From an uncultured Gammaproteobacteria bacterium (GTDB taxonomy: Bacteria > Patescibacteriota > Patescibacteriia > Patescibacteriales > UBA12465), in assembly GCA_964548885.1 (NCBI GenBank), contig CAZJSQ010000003.1, positions 1 through 55,672 of the forward strand: DNA of 55,672 nucleotides, given 5' to 3'. The stretch's first letter is position 1. The number at the start of each line of letters is the position of its first letter. Positions 9,264-19,374 of this stretch are shown here, in pieces. The position numbers were made by a program, and so were the translations under genes. The notes below the pieces were generated by a model that did not search any database, had not been told where the DNA came from, and saw nothing but the letters and a program-made list of their open reading frames with translations.

Positions 9264-10376
9264 ATGTCCGGAAAAAATTTAAAATTGATTATCGCGGGCG
9301 CGGCGCTTATGCTTTTGGTTTCGGCTTGTTCCATCACTACCTCTTCTTCGGGGAACAAAACCGGCGTCGACGGCAGCTTGTTCTTATCCACTGACGCCGG
9401 CGATACTTGGCGCTCGATTGCCAGCGTGCCGACGACTGATGGCCGTCTTCAGTCCATCAGCAACGTTAACGTCAAGGTCATGTCCATGGACCCCCAAGAT
9501 CCGTTGACGATTTATTTGGCGACCTATGATCAGGGTTTATATTATACATATGACGTTACGAAGGGCTGGACTCTTGTTTCCGGCTTGCCGACGACGACGA
9601 TTAACGATGTTAAGGTTGACCCGAAAAATAAATGTTTCATTTACGCGGCTCTGGCCAATCGCCTCTATCGTTCGTCCGATTGCGCCCGGACTTGGACGCA
9701 AGTCTATTTCGACAACAACACCGGCGTGAGCGTTAACGCGATTGCCATCGACCATTATAATCCCGCGAATATCTATATCGGCACGAGCCGCGGCGAAATA
9801 ATCAAGAGCATCGATTCTGGTTTGGCTTGGCGGACCATTCAGAGATTAAATGAGGGAGTGGGACGTTTACTTATTTCTCCGCTGGATAGCCGCCTGGTTT
9901 TTGTCGCGACCGAGAAGAATAAGATTTACAGCTTTACTTCCAATACCGACACTAACGCCGCTGATTCCGGCGACATCGAGCGGAACTTCGCGGTTGATGA
10001 TTGGACGGATTTGAACGCGGTCTTGAGTGGTTATGATTTAGGCGGCAGCTTTAAGGATATAGTTATCAGCGTCAAAGACGGCTTGATTTTTTTGGCGACG
10101 GAAAAAATGATTCTGCGTTCGCCGGATAACGGCATCACTTGGGAAAACATCAAGCTGCTCCAGCCGGAAAAAGACGCCGTCATCAACGCCATCGCCGTCA
10201 ATCCGCAAGATTCCAATAATATTTATTATGTGACCAATACCACCTTCTTTAAGTCCGTTGACGGCGGAACGACTTGGATTACCAAGAATTTGCCGACGAC
10301 CCGCGCCGGCCGAGAATTGTTGATTGATTTTTCCAATCCTAATAATATCTATTTGGGAGCGGTTAAGCTGAAGTAA
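9264..10376 (+). CDS. BNR/Asp-box repeat beta-propeller lipoprotein (Ycf48/sialidase-like fold)
   Basis: Lipobox LLVSAC after a hydrophobic signal. Five SxDxGxTW-type Asp boxes: STDAGDTWRS, SSDCARTWTQ, SIDSGLAWRT, SPDNGITWEN and SVDGGTTWIT. Confidence 0.75.
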   Translation: MSGKNLKLIIAGAALMLLVSACSITTSSSGNKTGVDGSLFLSTDAGDTWRSIASVPTTDGRLQSISNVNVKVMSMDPQDPLTIYLATYDQGLYYTYDVTKGWTLVSGLPTTTINDVKVDPKNKCFIYAALANRLYRSSDCARTWTQVYFDNNTGVSVNAIAIDHYNPANIYIGTSRGEIIKSIDSGLAWRTIQRLNEGVGRLLISPLDSRLVFVATEKNKIYSFTSNTDTNAADSGDIERNFAVDDWTDLNAVLSGYDLGGSFKDIVISVKDGLIFLATEKMILRSPDNGITWENIKLLQPEKDAVINAIAVNPQDSNNIYYVTNTTFFKSVDGGTTWITKNLPTTRAGRELLIDFSNPNNIYLGAVKLK

Positions 10377-10408
10377 ATCATAAAAATATTTAATAAATAA
10401 AGAAATAT

Positions 10409-10963
10409 ATGAATCAATATTTACAAGCGAAACAAAAAGAATTTATAAACGCGCTGGATTTCTTCAAGAAAGAAATCGGCGTTTTGCGCACCGGCCGGGC
10501 GAATCCGGCGGTTTTGGATAATGTCCAGGTGGAAGCTTATGGCGTCATGAACCCGCTTAACGCCGTCGGCAATATCGCCGTCGCCGATTCTCGCAGCATT
10601 TTGATCGCGGCCTGGGATAAGGGCGTTATCAAGAATATCGAAAAGGCGATCGTGGAAGCTAATCTGGGTTTTGGCGTGGTAAATGAAGGGGATAAAATCA
10701 GATTGACTGTCCCGCCCTTAACCGAAGAAAATCGCCGGGAGTTGGCGAAGAAACTTAACGAGAAAATGGAAAAAGTCCGCATCATCTTGCGCGCCGCTCG
10801 AGACAACGTTAAGAATATAATCGAAAAAGCCTTTGACGCCAAAGAGATGTCTGAAGACGATAAATTCCGTTTTATGAAAGAGCTGGATGAATTTTCCGCC
10901 AAGAAGAACGATGAATTGAAAGATATCCGCGACCGCAAGGAAAAAGATATCATGGAAATATAA
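10409..10963 (+). CDS. frr: Ribosome recycling factor
   Basis: 184 aa. VLRTGRANPAVLDNVQVEAYG and RLTVPPLTEENRRELAKK are typical RRF blocks. Confidence 0.93.
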   Translation: MNQYLQAKQKEFINALDFFKKEIGVLRTGRANPAVLDNVQVEAYGVMNPLNAVGNIAVADSRSILIAAWDKGVIKNIEKAIVEANLGFGVVNEGDKIRLTVPPLTEENRRELAKKLNEKMEKVRIILRAARDNVKNIIEKAFDAKEMSEDDKFRFMKELDEFSAKKNDELKDIRDRKEKDIMEI

Positions 10964-10976
10964 CCAACTCTAATCT

Positions 10977-12137
10977 ATGCTGATAACAATAATTATTTTC
11001 GTTTTAGTTTTGTCCGTTTTGGTTTTTGCCCATGAGCTCGGTCATTTTTTGACCGCGCGCTGGTTCGGCGTCAAGGCGGAAGAGTTCGGTTTCGGTTTTC
11101 CGCCGCGGGCGCTGGGTTGGTATCGGAATCGATACGGGCGGTGGAAAAAGATTCTCGGCAATCGCAGCGTTGAGAGCCTGGAAGCGAGCGAGAATGAAGC
11201 TTTACATCCGGCTAAGCGGGCGACTATTTATTCCCTTAATTGGCTGCCGCTGGGCGGATTCGTAAAAATAAAAGGCGAGAACGGCGGCGACAAGGAAGAA
11301 AACGACAGTTTCAGTTCTAAAACCATTGCGCGGCGTATCGTTATCTTATCGGCCGGCGTAATCATGAATGTTGTCTTGGCTTGGTTCTTATTTTCCGCCG
11401 GTTATATGATTGGCATGCCGCAATCCTCCGATTCCACGGGCAAGAACGCGCGTATCAGCGAATCGCAAGTGCTGGTTCAAGAAGTCTTTCCGGAATCAGT
11501 CGCGTCAAGCGCCGGACTTAAAGCCGGCGACGCTATTTTGCGTATCAATGGTATTGGCGTAGCCACGGAAAAAATCTTGCAAGACGCGGTGGCGGCCAGC
11601 GCCGGCCAAGAGGCGGAGTTATCAATTAAAAGAGAGGGGCAAGAACAGATTATAAAAGTGACGCCGCCGGTCAAGGAGGGCGGCCGGGCGACCATCGGCA
11701 TCGCGATTTATTCTTCCGGGCTTATCCGCTATCCTTTCTTCTCGGCCATTTGGGAGGGCGCGAAAGTGACTGTTTGGGTCTCGGGCCAGATAGTGGTGGC
11801 TTTCGTGAATTTATTCAGTCAGATTTTCCAGGGCACCAATGTCGGCGACCAATTCGCCGGCCCGGTCGGAATCGCCAATATCACCGGCCAGGCCGCTCGT
11901 CTCGGTTTTTCTTATTTACTGCAATTTATGGCTTTGTTGTCTTTAAATCTCGCGATTATAAACATCTTGCCGTTTCCGGCTCTAGACGGCGGCCGCATCT
12001 TGTTTTTGACGATTGAAAAGATAAAAGGCAAGCCGGTGCGTAAGGAGATTGAGGCCCTGATCCATAATATCGGGTTTTTGCTTTTAATCGCTCTTATAAT
12101 TTTCATCACTTATAAAGATATCGCGAAGTTGTTTTAA
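10977..12137 (+). CDS. rseP: Site-2 (M50) zinc metalloprotease RseP with PDZ domain
   Basis: HELGHF zinc motif in TM1, a central PDZ-like segment (GLKAGDAILRINGIGV), and the C-terminal NILPFPALDGGR motif. Confidence 0.9.
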   Translation: MLITIIIFVLVLSVLVFAHELGHFLTARWFGVKAEEFGFGFPPRALGWYRNRYGRWKKILGNRSVESLEASENEALHPAKRATIYSLNWLPLGGFVKIKGENGGDKEENDSFSSKTIARRIVILSAGVIMNVVLAWFLFSAGYMIGMPQSSDSTGKNARISESQVLVQEVFPESVASSAGLKAGDAILRINGIGVATEKILQDAVAASAGQEAELSIKREGQEQIIKVTPPVKEGGRATIGIAIYSSGLIRYPFFSAIWEGAKVTVWVSGQIVVAFVNLFSQIFQGTNVGDQFAGPVGIANITGQAARLGFSYLLQFMALLSLNLAIINILPFPALDGGRILFLTIEKIKGKPVRKEIEALIHNIGFLLLIALIIFITYKDIAKLF

Positions 12138-12147
12138 TAATTAAATT

Positions 12148-12474
12148 ATGCAGATCAAATTGAAAGCGACAAAATTAGAAATGACTCCGGCCATCAGGAA
12201 TTATTGTCAAGAAAAGATGGATAGGCTGGAGAAGTATTTGGGCGACATCAAGGTTTTAAATTGCGACGTGGAAATAGCCAAATCCGTCGGCGGCCAGCAT
12301 AAGGGCGAGATTTTTCGCGCCGAAGTGAATCTGCAAGTGCCGCATGAAATTTTGCGCGTGGAGAAAACCGAGGCGGATATGTATAAGGCGATCGATAAGG
12401 TCAAAGACCATTTGGAAATGGTGATTAAAAAATATAAAGAGAAACTGATCGCCAAGAGAAGAGGGAAGCGATAA
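12148..12474 (+). CDS. hpf: Ribosome hibernation promoting factor (short HPF/YfiA type)
   Basis: 108 aa. LTPAIRNY-type start (EMTPAIRNYCQEKMDRLEKY) and a beta-alpha-beta layout typical of the sigma-54 modulation/HPF family. Confidence 0.8.
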   Translation: MQIKLKATKLEMTPAIRNYCQEKMDRLEKYLGDIKVLNCDVEIAKSVGGQHKGEIFRAEVNLQVPHEILRVEKTEADMYKAIDKVKDHLEMVIKKYKEKLIAKRRGKR

Positions 12475-12501
12475 AATCTTAGGCAAATTATTTAAATAGT
12501 T

Positions 12502-15201
12502 ATGAATATTTTTAAGCTATTCGGAGATGCGAATGAAAAAATTGTTAAAGCGATGAAACCGACGATTGATAAGATCGCCAGTTTTGAGCCGGAATTGCAG
12601 AAATTGGATGCCGTGAATTTAAAAGCTAAAACCGAGGAATTTAAAGGGCGCTTAGCTAAAGGAGAAACTTTGGATGATTTATTGCCCGAAGCCTTCGCGA
12701 CCATCAGGGAGGCGGCTCGTCGGGTTTTGAATCAGCGGCATTTCGACGTCCAGCTCGTCGGCGGTATCGTTTTACATCGCGGTCAGATAGCGGAAATGAA
12801 AACCGGTGAAGGCAAGACTTTAGTCGCGACCCTGCCTTTATATTTAAACGCCCTCGCCGGCAAGGGCGCCCATCTTATCACCGTCAACGATTATTTGTCT
12901 CGTTTGGGCGCCGGCTGGATGGCGCCGGTATTTCATAGCGTCGGCTTGACGATCGGCGTCATTATCCATGACAACGCTTATATTTATGATCCGGAGTATA
13001 TTGATGAGAGCCAATACGATGAACGCCTGCAGCACTTTGAGAGGATTCCGCGCCGCGACGCTTATAATTGCGACATCACTTACGGCACCAATAATGAATT
13101 CGGCTTTGATTACCTGCGCGATAATATGGTTTATAGTCTGGACCAGGCCGTTCAGCGTTCGCTTCATTACGCCATCGTCGATGAAATCGACTCCATTTTA
13201 ATCGATGAAGCGCGCACCCCGCTCATTATCAGCGCGGCGGCCGAAGAATCAACCGATAAATATTTTAAATTCGCTCAGATAGTGGAACACTTGGAGGAAA
13301 ATGAAGATTATAATGTGGACGAGAAGATGCGCGCCGCGACCTTGACCGAAGGCGGAATCAATAAAGTTGAAAAGATTCTGGGGTTAGGAAATATTTACGT
13401 GGAAGGCGGAGTTAAAGAAGTCCATCATCTCGAACAGGCCTTAAAAGCCCGTGTTTTATTCAAGCGTGATAAAGATTATGTCACCAAAGACGGGGAAATC
13501 ATCATCGTCGACGAATTTACCGGCCGGATGATGCCGGGCCGGCGTTATAGCGAAGGCTTGCATCAGGCGATTGAAGCCAAAGAAGGCGTAAAAGTCCAGA
13601 AAGAGTCCCAGACCATGGCGACCATCACTTTTCAGAATCTTTTCCGTCTGTACGGAAAATTATCCGGTATGACCGGAACGGCCGCGACCGAAGCCGAAGA
13701 ATTCCATAAGATTTATAAGCTCGAAACCATTGTTATTCCGACTAATCGCCCGAATGTCCGTCATGATTTAAATGATTTGATTTACCGCACGGAAATGGAT
13801 AAATTCCAGGCGGTTATCCGCGATATTAAAGAGCGCAGTGCCATCGGTCAGCCGATTTTAATCGGCACCATTTCTATCGAGAAAAATGAAGTTTTGGCGG
13901 AATTAATGGAGCGCGAAGGCTTGCGCCCGCAGATGTTAAACGCCAAGAACCATCAGAAAGAAGCGGAAATTATCGCTCAAGCCGGACGCAAGGGAATGGT
14001 TACTTTAGCGACCAATATGGCCGGCCGCGGCGTTGATATAATTTTAGGCGGCAATCCGCCGCTCGAAGCGGAGCAAGCTGAAATTCGCGCTTTAGGCGGT
14101 CTTCATGTTATCGGGACGGAACGCCATGAATCGCGCCGCATCGATAACCAATTGCGCGGCCGCGCCGGGCGCCAAGGCGATCCGGGTTCGTCCCAATTTT
14201 ATGTTTCCACCGGAGACGATTTAATGCGCGTCTTCGGCGGCGATCGCATGCGCAACTTAATGAAGACTCTCAATGTCCCGGCCGATATGCCGATTGAAAA
14301 TAAATTGATTTCCCGTTCCATTGAAAGCGCCCAGAAAAAAGTGGAAGGGAATAATTTTGATATCAGAAAGCATTTAGTGGAATATGACGATGTCATCAAT
14401 AAACATCGCTTGGGAATTTATCGCCGCCGCCGGGAAATCTTGGAAATCGCCGAAGGCGTGGACTCCGCGCGCGCTTTAAGCGACATTATTTTAGAAATGG
14501 TTGATTTGGAAATTACTAAAGTGGTTGATTTTCATACCGCCGCCGATAACGCCTCGGAGTGGAATATTAAGGAAATCGCCGAAACCATGCGCACGATTTG
14601 GACTGGCGCGGAATTATTGGCAGCGCTGGAAGAAATAGCGAAGAGCGGCCGGCCCAAGGACGGTTTAAGAAGCGAGATCGTTAATCTATTAATTGCCGAA
14701 GCGGCCAAAAAATATCAGACTTTGGATGCGCAGTTTAAAGCCGCTAATTTAGAATTCAAGGAAGTAGAAAAAGGCGTCCTGATCCGTTCTCTTGATCAGA
14801 TGTGGGTGGAGCATTTGGAAACCGTTGATTATCTGCGCCGCGGTATCGGTTTACGCGGCTACGGTCAGCGCGACCCGCTCGTGGAATACAAGAAAGAAGC
14901 TTATCACTTATATCAGGAGCTGAATAATTTGATCAGTCGGCAGATCGTTTATTCTATTTATAAGACGGCCGACGCTTTAACTATGGCGGCGGCCAGTGAA
15001 CTGAAACTTTTCGCTACCGCGCCGGAGAAGAATTTGAATTTTTCCGGAGCCGTCAAAGAAATGCACAAGGAAGCGAGCGGACGCAATACCGTTGACTTGG
15101 TCCATGAAAAAGTAAAAAGCGAGAGCGGGGAGAAAGTCGGCCGCAATGATCCCTGCCCGTGCGGGAGCGGGAAAAAATTTAAGCAGTGCTGCGGGAAATA
15201 A
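12502..15201 (+). CDS. secA: Preprotein translocase ATPase SecA
   Basis: 899 aa. Walker A MKTGEGKTLVATLP, DEIDSILIDEARTPLIIS, TNMAGRGVDI, and the C-terminal zinc motif CPCGSGKKFKQCCG. Confidence 0.97.
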   Translation: MNIFKLFGDANEKIVKAMKPTIDKIASFEPELQKLDAVNLKAKTEEFKGRLAKGETLDDLLPEAFATIREAARRVLNQRHFDVQLVGGIVLHRGQIAEMKTGEGKTLVATLPLYLNALAGKGAHLITVNDYLSRLGAGWMAPVFHSVGLTIGVIIHDNAYIYDPEYIDESQYDERLQHFERIPRRDAYNCDITYGTNNEFGFDYLRDNMVYSLDQAVQRSLHYAIVDEIDSILIDEARTPLIISAAAEESTDKYFKFAQIVEHLEENEDYNVDEKMRAATLTEGGINKVEKILGLGNIYVEGGVKEVHHLEQALKARVLFKRDKDYVTKDGEIIIVDEFTGRMMPGRRYSEGLHQAIEAKEGVKVQKESQTMATITFQNLFRLYGKLSGMTGTAATEAEEFHKIYKLETIVIPTNRPNVRHDLNDLIYRTEMDKFQAVIRDIKERSAIGQPILIGTISIEKNEVLAELMEREGLRPQMLNAKNHQKEAEIIAQAGRKGMVTLATNMAGRGVDIILGGNPPLEAEQAEIRALGGLHVIGTERHESRRIDNQLRGRAGRQGDPGSSQFYVSTGDDLMRVFGGDRMRNLMKTLNVPADMPIENKLISRSIESAQKKVEGNNFDIRKHLVEYDDVINKHRLGIYRRRREILEIAEGVDSARALSDIILEMVDLEITKVVDFHTAADNASEWNIKEIAETMRTIWTGAELLAALEEIAKSGRPKDGLRSEIVNLLIAEAAKKYQTLDAQFKAANLEFKEVEKGVLIRSLDQMWVEHLETVDYLRRGIGLRGYGQRDPLVEYKKEAYHLYQELNNLISRQIVYSIYKTADALTMAAASELKLFATAPEKNLNFSGAVKEMHKEASGRNTVDLVHEKVKSESGEKVGRNDPCPCGSGKKFKQCCGK

Positions 15202-15225
15202 TTAAAATAAGCTGAAATAAAAAAT

Positions 15226-15558
15226 ATGAGTTTTGAAAACGGCGAACTTAATTTTAGACGGCCCAGACCCAAACTCGGATCCGAGTCTGAATCTAATGAG
15301 GAAGAGCGTGGTAAACCCGTCGATCCAATCTTGGAGGATGAACTTGAAGAAGCGGCGAAAAAACAGGCGGATGATCTTTTGGAACAGGAGGAAATAAATA
15401 AAGCGACTAAAGCGATTGAGCGACAGGAAGCGACGGAAGCAGCCAGAAAAAAGAAAGCCTGGAAGGAACTTGACAGTGAAAAAGATTATTTAGGTCCGCA
15501 ACGCTATGACCAAGCGGCCTGGGATAAATATAACAAGAAAAAGAAAAAAACGGTCTGA
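15226..15558 (+). CDS. Hypothetical K/E-rich, probably disordered protein
   Basis: The 110-aa ORF fills the secA-ileS gap and has the same aaaaatATG start context as neighbouring genes. I recognise no motif. Composition is dominated by E, K, D and A, and it ends in KKKKK. Confidence 0.45.
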   Translation: MSFENGELNFRRPRPKLGSESESNEEERGKPVDPILEDELEEAAKKQADDLLEQEEINKATKAIERQEATEAARKKKAWKELDSEKDYLGPQRYDQAAWDKYNKKKKKTV

Positions 15559-15600
15559 TTAATTTTAAATAGCTTAATTGATTTTATAAGATTTAAACGT

Positions 15601-18555
15601 ATGTCCGAAGAACAAAAAACACTCCTCACAAGTTCTTTTCCCGCGCTGGAAGAAACGGTTTTGGATTTTTGGGAGCGGGCGGACATTTTTAATAAGACTT
15701 TGAAAAAAGACGCGCCCAAAGGCGATTATGTTTTTTACGACGGACCGCCGTTTATAACCGGTTTGCCTCATTATGCGACTTTACTGCCCAGTATCGCTAA
15801 GGATGTAATTCCTAGATTTTGGACTATGAATGGTTATCATGTCGGCCGCGTGTGGGGCTGGGATTGCCATGGTTTGCCGGCTGAAAACAAAGTTGAGAAA
15901 GAATTAGGATTGAAAAATAAAAAAGACATTGAAGTTCTGGGCGTTGATAAATTTATAGAGGCTTGCCGCCAGTACGTCCAGTCCGGATCGGAACAATGGG
16001 AGTGGTATATTAATCGCATCGGTCGTTGGGTTGATATGAAAAACGCTTACCGCACCATGGACTTAAAGTTTATGGAGAGCGTGATCTGGGCTTTTAAAGA
16101 ATTGTATACCAGAGGATTTATTTATGAAGGTTACCGCACTTCTCTTCATTGTCCGCGCTGCGCTACGCCTTTATCAAAATTCGAGATTACCATGGACGCC
16201 GGTTCTTATAAAGATGTTACTGAAGAATCTGTTATTGTAAAGTTTAAGGTTAAAAATCAGTCAGATACCTATCTTTTAGCTTGGACAACGACCCCTTGGA
16301 CACTGCCGGGAAACTTGGCTTTGGCAGCGGGGGAAAACATAGAATATTCTTTAGTTAAAGGAGGTAATAACCAAAATTATATTATTGCCTCCGCGCAGAT
16401 CGGAAAATTGATTGATACCTTTAAAATTTTAAAAACTTTTAAAGGTCTTGAATTAGTCGGCTGGGAATATGAACCGTTATTTGATTTGAATAATGAAAAA
16501 ATAAAAATTAATAGCCAAGCCTATAAGGTTTATGCCGGAGATTTCGTCAACATTGAAGAAGGGACGGGCATTGTTCATGTTGCTCCAAATTTTGGCGAAG
16601 ATGATTTTGAATTAGGCAAGAAAAATAACTTGCCATCAATCGACTTAATGGATGAGAATGGAATTTACGTCGGCGGGGCGGGGGAATTCTCCGGATTATA
16701 TTATAAGAAAGCCGGGCTGGCGGTGATGGCCAAGCTCGGCGATAAATTATTTTCCACTTTTCCGGTAACCCATAGTTATCCTTTTTGCTATCGTTGCGGC
16801 ACCCCCTTGATTTACCGGGCGCAGAAGGCCTGGTATTTAAACATCCAAAAAATAAAAGAACAATTAGTAGATTCCAATAAGAAAATAAACTGGATACCGG
16901 AGATTTTTAAAGAAGGACGATTCAAATACAATTTGGAAAATGCGCCTGACTGGTGCCTGTCCCGGTCACGTTATTGGGGTTCGCCGATTCCTGTTTGGAA
17001 ATGCGCTTGCGGACAGATAAAAGTAGTCGGGTCGCTGAAAGAAATTGAAGAGCTGAGCGGTAATAAAATTAATGATTTACATAAGCCGGGAATTGATGCC
17101 GTCCGATTTAAATGTGAAGCCTGCGGCGGAGAGATGAAGCGCGCTCCGGAAGTGCTTGATTGCTGGTTTGAATCCAGCTCTATGCCCTTTGCTCAATTCC
17201 ATTATCCTTTTGAGAAAAAAGAATTTGCGGCTAAATCTTTACCGGCGGATTTCATTATTGAATATACCGGCCAATTGCGCGGCTGGTTTTATTACCTTCA
17301 TGTTTTATCTAACGCTTTGTTTAACTCGATCGCTTTCAAGAACGTGGTTGTTACCGGCGTCTTATTCGGCACGGACGGTCGCAAGATGAGCAAGTCTTAT
17401 GGTAATTATCCGGATCCGCGAGCGACCATTGAGAAATACGGCGCTGATGCTCTGCGTTATTATTTCATGGCTAGTCCGATTATGGCCGGTGACGATACCA
17501 GCCTAAATGAAAAAGATATTCAAGACGCTGTGCGCAAGAATCAGATGCTTTTATGGAATGTCTATAAATTTTATGCGATGTATGTTGATAAGATTCATCC
17601 ATCCGTCAAAGAAGATACGGCCGATAGTTTGGCTAAACAAGGAAGCGTTCTGGATAAATGGATTTTAGCTCGTTTAGACCAATTAGCTAAAACCATTACC
17701 GAGGATTTAAAACACTATAATTTACCTGAGGCAGCGCGTTTAATTCCGGGGTTTATCGATGATTTGTCCACCTGGTATCTGCGCCGCAGTCGTAATCGCT
17801 TTAAATCTGACGATGATGTGGATAAACAAAAAGCGCTCTTGACGACTAAATATGTTTTAACTGAACTGGCGAAACTGATGGCGCCGTTTATGCCGTTTAT
17901 GGCGGAAACTCTATGGCAAAAAGTGAGCGGTTATGATTTTAAAGATGCCAATCGGTCCGTGCATCTGGAAAGCTGGCCGTATGGTCAATGTGGACGCCCA
18001 TCTTTCTTTAGCAGGATATTTAATTCGCATAGCGAAGATAAAAAACAAACAGTATTAGATAAGATGGCCTTTGCCCGCCATATCGTTGAACTTAGTTTGG
18101 CAAAACGCGACGAGGCGGGGATAAAGATCCGTCAGATGCTGGCGAAGATGACCGTAAAAAGTGCAGAGAAACTCGCGCCGGAATATCTAGAATTAATAGC
18201 CGACGAATTAAATGTTCAGACGATAGATTGTGTTGTTGCTGCTACTGAAAAAATTGAAGTTGAACTGGACACGCGCATAACTCCCGGACTCAAGCAAGAG
18301 GGAATCAAGCGCGAAATTATTCGTTTCATCAACATGCTGAGAAAGGACGCCGGTCTTTCTCTCAACGACCGGACGACGGTTTACTTATCCGGCGCGACCG
18401 GAGAAGTAGAAGAAGCGGCGGAGAAGATGAAATCTGAAATCATGAAAGATACTTTAAGTTCTGATTTTATTTTTATCGATTCTTTACCCGAAGTTTTAGC
18501 GGTTAAAGAAATAAAAATCGCTGATGCTAAGCTACAATTAGGCATACAAAAATAA
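15601..18555 (+). CDS. ileS: Isoleucyl-tRNA synthetase, type 2 (eukaryote-like)
   Basis: 984 aa. PPFITGLP.Y entry to the HIGH region, CP1 zinc-knuckle pairs (CPRCATPL, CYRCGTPL), WCLSRSRYWGSPIPVW and KMSKS. The HIGH position reads HYAT (see findings). Confidence 0.9.
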   Translation: MSEEQKTLLTSSFPALEETVLDFWERADIFNKTLKKDAPKGDYVFYDGPPFITGLPHYATLLPSIAKDVIPRFWTMNGYHVGRVWGWDCHGLPAENKVEKELGLKNKKDIEVLGVDKFIEACRQYVQSGSEQWEWYINRIGRWVDMKNAYRTMDLKFMESVIWAFKELYTRGFIYEGYRTSLHCPRCATPLSKFEITMDAGSYKDVTEESVIVKFKVKNQSDTYLLAWTTTPWTLPGNLALAAGENIEYSLVKGGNNQNYIIASAQIGKLIDTFKILKTFKGLELVGWEYEPLFDLNNEKIKINSQAYKVYAGDFVNIEEGTGIVHVAPNFGEDDFELGKKNNLPSIDLMDENGIYVGGAGEFSGLYYKKAGLAVMAKLGDKLFSTFPVTHSYPFCYRCGTPLIYRAQKAWYLNIQKIKEQLVDSNKKINWIPEIFKEGRFKYNLENAPDWCLSRSRYWGSPIPVWKCACGQIKVVGSLKEIEELSGNKINDLHKPGIDAVRFKCEACGGEMKRAPEVLDCWFESSSMPFAQFHYPFEKKEFAAKSLPADFIIEYTGQLRGWFYYLHVLSNALFNSIAFKNVVVTGVLFGTDGRKMSKSYGNYPDPRATIEKYGADALRYYFMASPIMAGDDTSLNEKDIQDAVRKNQMLLWNVYKFYAMYVDKIHPSVKEDTADSLAKQGSVLDKWILARLDQLAKTITEDLKHYNLPEAARLIPGFIDDLSTWYLRRSRNRFKSDDDVDKQKALLTTKYVLTELAKLMAPFMPFMAETLWQKVSGYDFKDANRSVHLESWPYGQCGRPSFFSRIFNSHSEDKKQTVLDKMAFARHIVELSLAKRDEAGIKIRQMLAKMTVKSAEKLAPEYLELIADELNVQTIDCVVAATEKIEVELDTRITPGLKQEGIKREIIRFINMLRKDAGLSLNDRTTVYLSGATGEVEEAAEKMKSEIMKDTLSSDFIFIDSLPEVLAVKEIKIADAKLQLGIQK

Positions 18556-18563
18556 CTTAATCA

Positions 18564-18579
18564 GGCCGGGCTACCGGCC
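18564..18579 (+). other. GC hairpin GGCCGG-gcta-CCGGCC just after the ileS stop, with no U-tract
   Basis: Perfect 6-bp GC stem with a 4-nt loop, read directly from the sequence. Confidence 0.5.
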
Positions 18580-18594
18580 ATAATCAATAAATAT

Positions 18595-19368
18595 ATGGAA
18601 GGATTTATTCCTGTTTTAATCATCGTCGGTATTTTGATTTTGATTAGTTTGAAACAGATTAATCAGTACGAGCGCGGCGTCAGATTCACCATGGGTAAAT
18701 ACAGCGGCATCATGGAGCCGGGCTGGAAAATTTTGATTCCGATTTTTCAGAGTTTTAAAAAAGTGGATATTCGCGTCAAAGCGGTGGACGTGCCCGATCA
18801 GAAAGCGATCACCCGCGATAATGTTTCCGTTACCGTCAACGCGGTTATTTATTACAAAGTGGCCTTCGCGGAAAAAGCGGTGATTGAAGTGGAGGATTTT
18901 TATTACGCGATTTCGCAGTACGCGCAGACGACGATGCGCAACATCGTCGGCTCGGTTACGCTCGACGAGCTCTTAAGCAAGCGCGACGAGATTGCCGATA
19001 GAATTAAAGAAATTGTCGACCGGGAAACCGATGAATGGGGGATTCAAGTCAATAACGTGGAATTAAAAGATGTCTCGCTCCCTGAATCGATGGAGAGAAC
19101 CATCGCCAAACAGGCGGAAGCGGAACGCGAAAAACGCGCGGTCATCATCAATTCCGAAGGCGAACTCGCGGCCGCGGAAAATATTTCCAAGGCGGCGGCG
19201 ATTCTTTCGCGGTCCGACGGCGCCCTGCATTTGAGGACTCTGCAGTCCATCAACGACATGTCGAGCGACCAATCCAACACGGTTATTTTTGTCACGCCGG
19301 TGGAGGTTTTGAAAGCTTTCACTAGTTTTAAGAATCAACTGACGGATAAAAAAGAGCAAATTAAATAA
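18595..19368 (+). CDS. SPFH/band-7 (stomatin-like) membrane protein
   Basis: N-terminal TM segment, then a typical SPFH core (QYERGVRFTMGKY, ITRDNVSVTVNAVIYYKV, RNIVGSVTLDELLSKRDEI) and a coiled-coil AEAEREKRA segment. Confidence 0.88.
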   Translation: MEGFIPVLIIVGILILISLKQINQYERGVRFTMGKYSGIMEPGWKILIPIFQSFKKVDIRVKAVDVPDQKAITRDNVSVTVNAVIYYKVAFAEKAVIEVEDFYYAISQYAQTTMRNIVGSVTLDELLSKRDEIADRIKEIVDRETDEWGIQVNNVELKDVSLPESMERTIAKQAEAEREKRAVIINSEGELAAAENISKAAAILSRSDGALHLRTLQSINDMSSDQSNTVIFVTPVEVLKAFTSFKNQLTDKKEQIK

Positions 19369-19374
19369 AAATAT

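Noticed and set aside
10537-10953. 138-aa Ser-rich ORF antisense to frr.
   Set aside because: It is a mirror frame of a highly conserved gene. Its Ser/Phe/Leu-rich composition is what the reverse complement of a K/E-rich CDS produces.
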